This document shows, piece after piece, positions 53,138 through 64,000 of a stretch of 64,000 nt of DNA. The position numbers and the translations under genes are program-made. Every line of letters begins with the position of its first letter. The stretch's first letter is position 1. The DNA comes from Candidatus Multivoradales bacterium (GTDB taxonomy: Bacteria > Acidobacteriota > Thermoanaerobaculia > Multivoradales > JAHEKO01): NCBI GenBank assembly GCA_965223855.1, contig CBDCXM010000002.1:225879-289878 (forward strand). The letters run 5' to 3'. A model generated the notes under the pieces. The model saw nothing but the letters and a program-made list of their open reading frames with translations, did no database searches and had not been told where the DNA came from.

Positions 53138-53872
53138 ATGACGTCCTCATCTGTGAGGAAAGACTTGGGAGAGACCCGGACAGCCAACGGATCACGCTCG
53201 CTCCTTCGTGAGCTGGCGGCGGACGAGAGGCCTCGCGAGCGGCTGTTGCGACGGGGGTCGGAATCGCTGAGCGAAAGCGAGCTGCTGGCGATCCTCCTGC
53301 GAACGGGAGGGCCGGGCGCCTCGGCCGTCGACATGGCGCGACAGATCCTCCGTCGCTGTGGCGGGCTGGTCGGGCTGCCGGCCGCCTCGGCGGACAGCCT
53401 GCGTTGCCGCGGCGTCGGTCCGGCGAAGGTTGCGACGCTGCTCGCTGCGGTGGAGATCGGCCGCCGGCTCGCCCGCGCGCGTTTGCCTGCCCGCCGACCG
53501 CTCGACAGGCCCGAGATGGTGGCGGAGTATCTGTCGCTGCGCTATCAGTGCTCCGATCAGGAAGTGATGGGAGTGCTGTACGTCGATACCCGGCAGCGGC
53601 TGATGGGCGACCGGGAGGTGTATCGCGGGACGCTCAATCGTGCCGCCGCGGAGCCACGGTCCCTCCTGAAGACCGGTCTCCTGCGGGACGCCGCTGGGCT
53701 GATCCTCTTCCATACCCATCCGAGCGGGGATCCCAGTCCGAGCCCGGAGGACCTCGCCTTCACCCGTCGGATGGCGGAGGCGGGGGACATCGTCGGAGTG
53801 AGACTCATCGACCATCTGATCCTCGGCAGCGCGGGAAGATGGGTCTCCTTGCGGCAACGGGGTGCGTGGTAG
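53138..53872 (+). CDS. radC: RadC/JAB domain protein
   Basis: RPRERL, ELLAILLRTG, GVGPAK, HTHPSGDPSPSPED, DHLI. Confidence 0.93.
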   Translation: MTSSSVRKDLGETRTANGSRSLLRELAADERPRERLLRRGSESLSESELLAILLRTGGPGASAVDMARQILRRCGGLVGLPAASADSLRCRGVGPAKVATLLAAVEIGRRLARARLPARRPLDRPEMVAEYLSLRYQCSDQEVMGVLYVDTRQRLMGDREVYRGTLNRAAAEPRSLLKTGLLRDAAGLILFHTHPSGDPSPSPEDLAFTRRMAEAGDIVGVRLIDHLILGSAGRWVSLRQRGAW

Positions 53873-53917
53873 GTTTCCGCAGCAACGCGGCGCTCGCCGC
53901 CCTTCCCCCTCCTCGAG

Positions 53918-55828
53918 ATGAAGCCGTTCTACGTCACGACACCGATTTATTACGTCAACGCGCGGCCTCACATCGGCCACTCGTACACGACGGTCGTCTG
54001 CGACGTTCTCGCCCGCTATCAGCGTTCGGCGGGCGCGCCGACGCACTTCCTGACCGGCACCGACGAACACGGGCAGAAGATCGAGCGCGCCGCCATCGAG
54101 CGAGGGATCGCGCCGATCGAGCTCGCCGACGAGGTGGTGGAGTCGTTTCGCTCGCTGTGGGAAAAGCTCGGTGTCGAGCCCGACGACTTCATTCGCACGA
54201 CCGAAGAGCGGCACAAGGCGGGGGTGCGCGAGGTGGTGCGTCGCATCGCCGAGGCCGGCGATCTCTACGTCGGCCGTCACGACGGCTGGTATTGCACCTC
54301 GTGCGAGCTCTTCTACACCGACAAGGAGCTCGACGAGGAGGAACGCTGCCCGATCCATGGTGAGAAGGCGGAGTGGCGGTCGGAGGAGAACGTCTTTTTC
54401 CGTCTGTCGCGCTTCGAGAAGCCCCTTCTCGAATGGCTCGAAGAGAACCCTCACGCCGTCCGGCCGGAGAGTCGCCGCAATGAGGTGCGAAGCTTCATCG
54501 AAAGTGGGTTGCGGGACCTCAGCGTAAGTCGCGCCGGCCTCGAGTGGGGCATCCCGTTCCCTGAACACGAGGGGCAGGCGGTTTATGTCTGGCTCGACGC
54601 CCTGACGAACTACATCAGCGCACTCGGCTTCGGCAGCGAGGATCGCTCGCTGTGGGAGCGTTTCTGGGCCTCCGACGACTCCCGCCGGGTGCATGTGATC
54701 GGCAAGGACATCCTCCGCTTCCACACGGTCTACTGGCCGGCGTTCCTGCTCTCTGCCGGGCTGCCGCTGCCGACGACCGTCTGGGTCCACGGCTGGTGGC
54801 TCGCCGACGAGCACAAGGTCTCGAAGTCGAGTGGTCGGATCGTGCGTCTCGACGGACTGATCGAGCAGTTCGGCACCGACGCCGTCCGCTACTTCCTGCT
54901 GCGCGACATGGTCTTCGGCCAGGACGCTTCGTTCTCGGACGAAGCCTTCATCGAGCGCTACAACAGCGAGTTGGCCAACGGCCTCGGCAACACCCTGAGC
55001 CGACTGGTGACGCTGTCGGGGCGCGCCTTCGACGGCAAGACACCTCCGGTCCCCTGCGACGACAACCCGCTGATCGAGCGGGCCGCGGTCGCCGTGGAGG
55101 CGTATCGCGAGGCGATGGGCAACCTGCAGTTCGACCGGGCGCTGAGGGCGGTAGCCGGGCTGATCAGCGACGTGAACCAGTACCTGGTCGAGCGGGAGCC
55201 CTGGAAGCACCTGCGCGACGAGGAGCAGCGGGTGTGGCTGTCGCGGGTGCTGTGGAACGGCCTCGAGGCGGTCCGGATCGCCGCCACCTGCCTGGTTCCG
55301 GTCATGCCGACGTCGGCACCGGCCGTGCTGGCCGCGATCGGTGTCGATGGACAGGCCGACCTCTCGACCCTGGGTTGGGGCGGGCTCGCCAACGATCGAC
55401 CGCTGCCGAAGACCGAAGCCCTGTTCCCGCGCATCGACAAGGAGAAGTACCTCGCCGAGGCGCAGGCCGCCGCCGACGAGGCGAGCGGCGATGCCGCGGA
55501 GGAATCGATGATCACGATCGACCAGTTCTTCGAGACCGAGCTCAAGGTGGCGACCGTCACGGCCGCCGAGGCGATTCCCAAGTCGACCAAGCTGCTGAAG
55601 CTGACGGTGGATCTGGGGGGTGAGGAGCGGACCATCGTCGCCGGAATCGCCGAGACGTACGCGCCCGACGAGCTCGTCGAGCGTCAGGTGGTCATCGTCG
55701 CCAACCTCCGGCCGGCGAAGCTGATGGGCGTCGAGTCGCAGGGGATGGTGCTTGCCGCTTCGGTGGACGGCAAGGCGAAGCTGGTCGCTCCGAGCGAGCC
55801 GGTGCCGAACGGCACCGTCGTGCGCTAA
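53918..55828 (+). CDS. metG: Methionine--tRNA ligase
   Basis: TTPIYY..HIGH, TGTDEHG, GKDILRFH, KVSKS, C-terminal tRNA-binding domain. Confidence 0.97.
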   Translation: MKPFYVTTPIYYVNARPHIGHSYTTVVCDVLARYQRSAGAPTHFLTGTDEHGQKIERAAIERGIAPIELADEVVESFRSLWEKLGVEPDDFIRTTEERHKAGVREVVRRIAEAGDLYVGRHDGWYCTSCELFYTDKELDEEERCPIHGEKAEWRSEENVFFRLSRFEKPLLEWLEENPHAVRPESRRNEVRSFIESGLRDLSVSRAGLEWGIPFPEHEGQAVYVWLDALTNYISALGFGSEDRSLWERFWASDDSRRVHVIGKDILRFHTVYWPAFLLSAGLPLPTTVWVHGWWLADEHKVSKSSGRIVRLDGLIEQFGTDAVRYFLLRDMVFGQDASFSDEAFIERYNSELANGLGNTLSRLVTLSGRAFDGKTPPVPCDDNPLIERAAVAVEAYREAMGNLQFDRALRAVAGLISDVNQYLVEREPWKHLRDEEQRVWLSRVLWNGLEAVRIAATCLVPVMPTSAPAVLAAIGVDGQADLSTLGWGGLANDRPLPKTEALFPRIDKEKYLAEAQAAADEASGDAAEESMITIDQFFETELKVATVTAAEAIPKSTKLLKLTVDLGGEERTIVAGIAETYAPDELVERQVVIVANLRPAKLMGVESQGMVLAASVDGKAKLVAPSEPVPNGTVVR

Positions 55829-55847
55829 CCCGTCCGGCCAGGACCGG

Positions 55848-56615
55848 TCAGACCGGATTCGGCACGTCGACGAACTCGACCGACAGGCCGTGGTCGGAGG
55901 CGATGCGCTCGCCGAGTGCTCTGACCCCGAGGCGTTCGGTCGCGTAGTGGCCGGCGGCGAAGTAGTGGACCTTCGCCTCTTTCGCGACGTTCATCACCCA
56001 CTCGCTCACCTCGCCGGTGACGAAGGCGTCGAGCCCGGCGTCGATCGCCTGGTGGAGCATTCGTTGAGCGGCACCGCTGACGAAGCCGGCGGTGCGGACC
56101 GGACCCGGCCCGGAGAGGAAGGCGAGGGGGCTCTGCCCGAAGACCTCTTCGCAGCGGGCCTCGAAGGCCGCCGGCTCCAGTGGTCTGGCCAGAGAGCCGG
56201 CGAAGCCCAGCGTGACGCCGTCGTATTCGCCGAAGGGGCTCGGATCTTCGATGCCGAAGGCTCGCGCCGCCAGCGCGTTGTTGCCGAGGGTGGGGTGCCG
56301 GTCGAGGGGCAGGTGGTAGGCGTAGAGGTTGACGTCGGCCTCGATGAGCCATGCGATCCGGCGGCGCTGGAGCCCGACCACCCTCCGGGAGTCGCCCTTC
56401 CAGAAGAGCCCGTGGTGAACGAGCACGGCATCCGCCTGCCTGGCGATGGCCGCCTCGAAGAGCGCCTCGCAGGCGGAGACTCCCGTCACCACTCGCGAGA
56501 TGGAGGGCTTGCCCTCGACCTGGAGGCCGTTCGGGCAGGCGTCTGCACCCTCGTTGACGACGAGCTCGTCGAGGTAGGCGGTCAGGCGATCGCGTTCGAG
56601 AACTGGCTCCGTCAT
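55848..56615 (-). CDS. Nif3-like dinuclear metal centre protein
   Basis: NGLQVEG, VHHG, YHLPLD..GNN, TGE, GHYATE. Confidence 0.93.
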   Translation of the reverse strand: MTEPVLERDRLTAYLDELVVNEGADACPNGLQVEGKPSISRVVTGVSACEALFEAAIARQADAVLVHHGLFWKGDSRRVVGLQRRRIAWLIEADVNLYAYHLPLDRHPTLGNNALAARAFGIEDPSPFGEYDGVTLGFAGSLARPLEPAAFEARCEEVFGQSPLAFLSGPGPVRTAGFVSGAAQRMLHQAIDAGLDAFVTGEVSEWVMNVAKEAKVHYFAAGHYATERLGVRALGERIASDHGLSVEFVDVPNPV

Positions 56616-56764
56616 GGGGGCTCCCGGAGAGAGGGTTCGGGTGAAGTGGCTTCGGTGAGGTCGTTCGGGGGTTTCGCCCGGCACGCAGAGCTTACCCGTG
56701 CGAGAGGGCCGCTCTGCCTTGCGGGGGCGCGGGCCGGCAACCGGGGGAGGCGAAGTCTGGAACG

Positions 56765-56803
56765 AGAAAGACCGGGTGGGGCTCGAAGCCCCGACCCGGT
56801 CTT
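56765..56803 (-). terminator. Intrinsic terminator after pnp
   Basis: AAGACCGGGT..GGGGCT/AGCCCC..ACCCGGTCTT hairpin, T-rich tail on the minus strand. Confidence 0.7.
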
Positions 56804-56834
56804 GCCGGTCTGCGGAAGCAGCGCCGAGGTACGA

Positions 56835-59054
<2,220 letters not shown>

Positions 59055-59191
59055 CTCCACTCTCTTCCTGTCTGCGCCCACCCTCGCGCGCACCCCGATC
59101 GCTCTGACGATCGTGTGGCCTGTCGACGCCGCCTCCGAGCCGTCAGGCGTCGGAAGGCGTCTCGTGAAGTCGGGCTGTTGGGGTGGGGGAA

Positions 59192-59461
59192 CTACTTGCG
59201 GATCGACAACCGCTCGATGGTCGTCTTGTAGCGCTCGACGTCCTGCTTCTTCATGTAGTCGAGCAGGCGACGGCGGCGGCCGACGAGCTTGAGCAGCCCG
59301 CGCCGGCTGTGGTGGTCCTTGGCGTGGGTCTTGAAGTGCTCGGTGAGCTGGTTGATGCGCTGCGTCAAGAGCGCTACCTGCACCTCAGGCGAACCGGTGT
59401 CGCTTTCGTGGGTGCGATAGTCCTCGATGACTTGTGCCTTGACGGCTTTGACCTGTGACAA
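59192..59461 (-). CDS. rpsO: 30S ribosomal protein S15
   Basis: [21 protein letters not shown]; TTG start gives 89 aa; SD AGGAGG. Confidence 0.96.
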   Translation of the reverse strand: MSQVKAVKAQVIEDYRTHESDTGSPEVQVALLTQRINQLTEHFKTHAKDHHSRRGLLKLVGRRRRLLDYMKKQDVERYKTTIERLSIRK

Positions 59462-59570
59462 TTCCAAAATCCTCCTGACTCTTTCCTGTCTTTCTCGTCG
59501 CGCGGAGACTAGCACAGAACCCCTTGATTTGACAGGGATTTGAGGGGTTTCGGTGGGCTCGATCGCGCGC

Positions 59571-60483
59571 TCAGGAGAAGACGATTCGAGGCTGCAGAAC
59601 GCCGACGTCGCGACCGATCCGCTCGCTGACGCTGGCCACGGCGACGAAGCGGCTGCGGGGGTCGAGGAGCTTGAGCCAGTCTCCCTCCTCGGCGTCGAGA
59701 CCGCGCACCAGCACCGTCTGGCCGTGGAGAATCCGACCGGCGTCCGGCGCGTCGAGAGTCACCTCCGGGAACGGGAGCCGGATGGCGTCGAAGGGCACCC
59801 AACCCGGGCCGTCCGTCGGTGCGTCGCTCTCGGCGAGCGCCTCGAGCGACACGGCATCTTCCACGTCGAAGTGGCCGACCCTGGTGCGGCGCAGCGAGGC
59901 GAGGTGAGCGCCGACTCCCGCCGCACGGCCGAGATCGTGCGCCAGGCTCCGGACGTAGGTGCCTGAGGAGCACTCGAGGCGCAAGCCGATCCGACCGTTC
60001 TCGAGCGCCGAGGTCGTCTCGAGGGAGTAGACCGTGATCTCCTTGCGTGCCTCGGGGACCTCCTCGCCCTTGCGCGCCAGTTCGTAGTACTTGCGACCGT
60101 CGATCTTCTTGGCGCTGTAGGCGGGAGCGACCTGTTCGTAGGTACCGACGAAGCGCGGCAGCAGCTCCTCCACCTCCGCCGGGTCGAGGCCATCGATCGG
60201 ATGCTCCTCGACGACGTTGCCTAGGGCGTCGTAGGTGTCGGTCACAGCGCCGAACTGCACGTCGCCCTCGTAGACCTTGGGCGCCTGGATCAGAAAGCGG
60301 GTGAGCCGGGTCGCCTTTCCCACGGTGAGCACCAGAAGGCCGGTGGCGCCCCGGGTCGAGGGTGCCGCAGTGGCCGATGCGGCGCTCGCCGAGCGCCCGT
60401 CGTGCCCGCTGGACGACGTCGTGGGACGTGCAACCGGTCGGCTTGTCGACCAGCAGCAGTCCGGAAAGCGAAGGGGCGCTCAA
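59571..60483 (-). CDS. truB: tRNA pseudouridine(55) synthase; +1 homopolymer indel near 60350
   Basis: [39 protein letters not shown]. Confidence 0.92.
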
Positions 60484-61458
60484 TCGAGAGCCTGCCGCAG
60501 CGCGTCGACCACCGCCGCCTTGAGCGGCTCGAGCGGTTCTTCCGTTTCGAAACCCGCTGCGTTCTTGTGCCCGCCACCGCCGTAGGAGCGTGCGATCCTC
60601 TCGACGTCGACGTTGCCGCGACTACGCAGCGAGCCTTTGTACTCGTCGGGACCCTGCTGCCTGAGCAGGGCGACCGCATCGACGCCGGCGATCGATCGCG
60701 GGTGGTCGACGAGGTCCTCGGCGTCGGCGGCCGTCGCCCCGGCGCGTTCGAACATCTCCGTCAGCAGAGTCACTGTGGCGATCCGGCCGTCGTGATGGAG
60801 CTCGAGGCTCTGGAGCATCTCGCCCAGCAGCCGCACCGATGCTTCGGACTGCGACTCGTAGATCCAGTGACTCACCTCTTCCGGGCGCGCGCCGTCGCGG
60901 ACGAGCTCCGCCGCCGCCTCGAACGCCTCGGCCGTCGCGTTGGCGAATCGGAAGCCGCCGGTGTCGGTCATCACCGCGGTGTAGAGAGCGGTGGCCGTGT
61001 CGCCGTCGATCTCGACGCCCAGGGCACCGGCGAGTCGATGCATCATCGCGCCGAGGGCGGGCGCCCCCGAGTCGATCCAGTTGACCTCGCCGTAGAGCTC
61101 GTTGCCGAGATGGTGGTCGAGGTTGAGGATCGGCAGTTGCGGACAGGGCGTCCGCGAGGCCGGTCCGCTCGAGGTTCGGACACTCGCAGCAGATCGAGTA
61201 GTCGAAGCCGTCCGGGAAGTCGTTCGGCGACTCCGTGCCGACGTGGATGCGGTCGGCGCCGGCCAGGTTGGCGTAGGCCGGCGGCATCTCGTCGCGATTC
61301 CAGACGACGGCACCCTTGCCCGTCTGGCGCAGGATACGGGCGAGCCCGAGGGCCGAGCCCAGCGAGTCGCCGTCCGGGCGTCGGTGCCCGGTGAGGATGA
61401 AGCGTTGGCCGTTGCGCAGCGCCTGGAGGAGCGCTTCGGGGGGAGGGACGGTACTCAT
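60480..61458 (-). CDS. nrnA: DHH family phosphoesterase (NrnA-like); indel near 61140
   Basis: [30 protein letters not shown]. Confidence 0.85.
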
Positions 61459-61795
61459 GAGAGGTTCTCCAGCAGATCGTGAATTCTCTGGCTGTGTTCG
61501 GCGCCGCGGTCGATGCGGAAGGTGAGCTCGGGGACCCGTTTCATGTGGCGCAGTCGGCCTGCGAGGCGCGAGCGGAAGAAGCCCGCCGCCTTCGCCAGGG
61601 CCGCCTCGACCTCGTCGCTTTCGTGCTCGCTGGTGATCGTCGAGACCCGCACGCGGGCACTGCCGAGGTCGGGGGGACAGATCGACCCCGACCACCTGAA
61701 CCCCTTCGAGACGGGGGTCGCGGGTCCCCCCGCAGCAGGAGGTCCGAGAGTTCGCTCCTGAGCAGGTCTTCGACTCGATGGACGCGGCGGCTCAA
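61455..61795 (-). CDS. rbfA: Ribosome-binding factor A; several homopolymer indels around 61670-61735
   Basis: RRVHRVEDLLRSEL, RDPRL, VDLSPDL, AAGFFRSRLAGRL..RVPELTF. Confidence 0.88.
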
Positions 61796-61799
61796 CGAC

Positions 61800-62090
61800 T
61801 CAGTACTCCATCTGGTGTTCGTCCCAGCGGGTGACGATCGCTTCGGCCCGCAGATCGACGATGTGCCGCAGCCTGTCGGTCAGCTCCCGGAGGTGGGCGC
61901 CGTCCGGGGCGACCATCGCGACACCGAGCTCGACCCGCTGCAGCAGATCGTGGAGGTCGGTTTTCCGCGATCGAGGCGTGCAGGCGCCGGGCGATCCGAT
62001 CCTTCAGGCTCTTCACGGTGCTTCGCTTCTGCTTGAGGCTCCGGGCCTCGGGAAGGTGCAGCTCGAGAAAACGACGACGACGACGACCAT
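61800..62090 (-). CDS. DUF503 family protein; indel near 61962
   Basis: LELHLPEARSLKQKR..SIAETD.HDLLQR; position between infB and rbfA. Confidence 0.8.
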
Positions 62091-62144
62091 GCTCGGCGTA
62101 GCGATCCGACGGCCACGCGACGGCGCCGACACGGAGTGTCCAGG

Positions 62145-64000
62145 CTACAGTGTCGGCGCGACCTCTTCTTCGACGAACGCCTCGATGATGTCGCCGGGCT
62201 TGACGTCCTGAAACCCTTCGAGCCCGATGCCGCAGTCGAAACCGCTTCGAACTTCGCTCGCATCGTCCTTGAAGCGCTTGAGCGACGAGATCCCGCCCTC
62301 GTAGACCACTACGTTGTCGCGCAGCAGCCGCGCGTTGGCGGAGCGGGGAATGACCCCCTCGACGACGTGGCAGCCGGCGACCTTGCCGGTCCGTGGAACC
62401 TTGAAGACCTCGCGGACTTCAGCCCTCCCGCGACTGACCTCGCGGTAGGTCGGGTCGAGCAGGCCTGCCATCGCCTTCGTCAGCTCGTCGGTCAGCTCGT
62501 AGATCACGGTGTGGAGGCGGACGTCGATCTCTTCCTTCTCGGCGAGATCGACGGCGTTGCGCTCCGGTCGGACGTTGAAGCCGACGATGATCGCCTGCGA
62601 CGCCGAGGCGAGGAGCACGTCGTCCGTCGTGATGCCGCCGATGCCACCGCGGATCACCTGGATCTTCACCTGATCGGTGGAGAGCTTCGACAGGGGTGTC
62701 CTTGAGCACTTCGAGCGAGCCCTGGACATCCGCCTTGAGGACGACCGGCAGCTCCTTGACGTCCCCTTCCTTGATCTGGTCGAAGAGCTGCTCGAGCGAG
62801 ACCTTGCCGATCGAGGGGCCGAGGCTCGTGCTCCGGGCTTCCTCGGCGCGGAACTCGGCGATGCTGCGCGCCTCCGCCTCCTTGGCGACGACCTGGAACG
62901 CGTCGCCCGCCGCCGGCAGGTCGTTGAAGCCCATGACCTCGATCGGGGTCGAAGGGCCGACGCTCTTGGTGCGCTCGCCCAGGTCGTTGGTCATCGACCG
63001 GACCTTGCCCCAGGTGGCGCCCGCCACGAAGACGTCGCCCACCGAGAGGCTGCCGTTCTGCACCAGCACCGTGGCGACGATGCCGCGGCCCTGCTCCTTG
63101 CGCGCCTCGACGATCACGCCCTGGCCCGCCACGCTCGGGTTGGCCTTGAGCTCGAGCATCTCGTTGGTGAGCGAGATCATCTCGAGCAGGTCGGTCACCC
63201 CCTCGTTGTTGAGCGCCGACATCGGAACGGCGATCGTCTCGCCGCCCCAGTCTTCGACCAGGAGTCCGTGGTCGGAGAGGTCCTTCTTGACCCGGTCAGG
63301 GTTGGCGTTGGCCTTGTCGATCTTGTTGAGCGCGACGAGGATCGGGGCGTTGGCCGCCTTGGCGTGGTCGATCGCCTCGATCGTCTGTGGCATCACGCTG
63401 TCGTCTGCCGCGACGACGAGCACCACGATGTCGGTGACCGCCGCGGCCCCGAGCACGCATGCGTGTGAACGCCTCATGACCCGGGGTTGTCGAGGAAGAC
63501 GATCTTCGAGTCGTTGAATGGCACCTCGTAGGCACCGATGTGCTGGGTGATACCGCCGAACTCGCCCTCCGTCACCCTTCGACTTGCGAATCGTGTCGAG
63601 CAGGGTCGTCTTGCCGTGATCGACGTGACCCATGATCGTGACGACCGGAGCTCGCGGCTCGCGCGCCTCCTCGGCGTCGTCTCCGGCGAGCTCCTCCCGG
63701 AGCTGAACCTCTTCCTCGAAGGTCACCGTCATCGCTTCGGCACCGAGGCTCTCGGCGATTTCGATCGCCAGCTCCTCGTCGATCACGTGATTGACGGTCG
63801 CCATCAGTCCGCGGTCCATCAGCAGCGTGATGAGGTCCTTCGCCTTCATGCCGAGCTTCTCGGCGAAGACCCTGACGGTCATCCCCTCGGTGACCGTGAT
63901 CGGTTCGTCCGGGATCGACTCGAGCTGCGGAGTCGGACCGCTCGTCTTGCGGGCCGCGCGGCGCTGGCCGCGTGCCGACGGCGGTTCGGGCTCGCGCCGA
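62145..64000 (-). CDS. infB: Translation initiation factor IF-2 (5' end outside window); several indels
   Basis: [64 protein letters not shown] across frames. Confidence 0.96.

Noticed and set aside
53138-53872. radC as a marker of a mobile element
   Set aside because: Full-length chromosomal type with HhH region between PBP1b and metG; no integrase or att sites
59571-64000. Pseudogenisation or programmed frameshifting of the infB-rbfA-truB operon
   Set aside because: The genes are essential or highly conserved, the indels cluster in homopolymers near the window end, and protein motifs are intact on both sides

Overview
High-GC bacterial chromosomal window. The gene set (DUF6677-like ORF next to lpxB, scpAB-rluB-cmk, infB-DUF503-rbfA-DHH-truB-rpsO-pnp) suggests Acidobacteriota, possibly Thermoanaerobaculia; this is inference only. 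It holds about 65 CDS, mostly housekeeping (uvrC, recG, trpS, rpsA, lpxB, gmk, rpoZ, metG, pnp, infB), plus the RNase P RNA. I see no CRISPR array, rRNA, tRNA or transposase. The two best findings are: (1) a MerB-like (organomercurial lyase fold) gene split in the ORF track by an in-frame UGA at a catalytic-Cys position and followed 11 nt later by a SECIS-like hairpin, i.e. a probable selenoprotein with no mer operon nearby; (2) a tightly coupled three-gene operon of unknown product: asparagine-synthetase-like ATP pyrophosphatase, RaSEA/TIGR01210-like radical SAM enzyme and flavin-halogenase-like enzyme. Also notable are several probably leaderless genes (-10 box 5-7 nt before ATG), a structured rpsA leader with twin GGAA-loop hairpins and a small stand-alone transcription unit. 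The last ~3.7 kb has many homopolymer indels in essential genes, most likely long-read sequencing errors.
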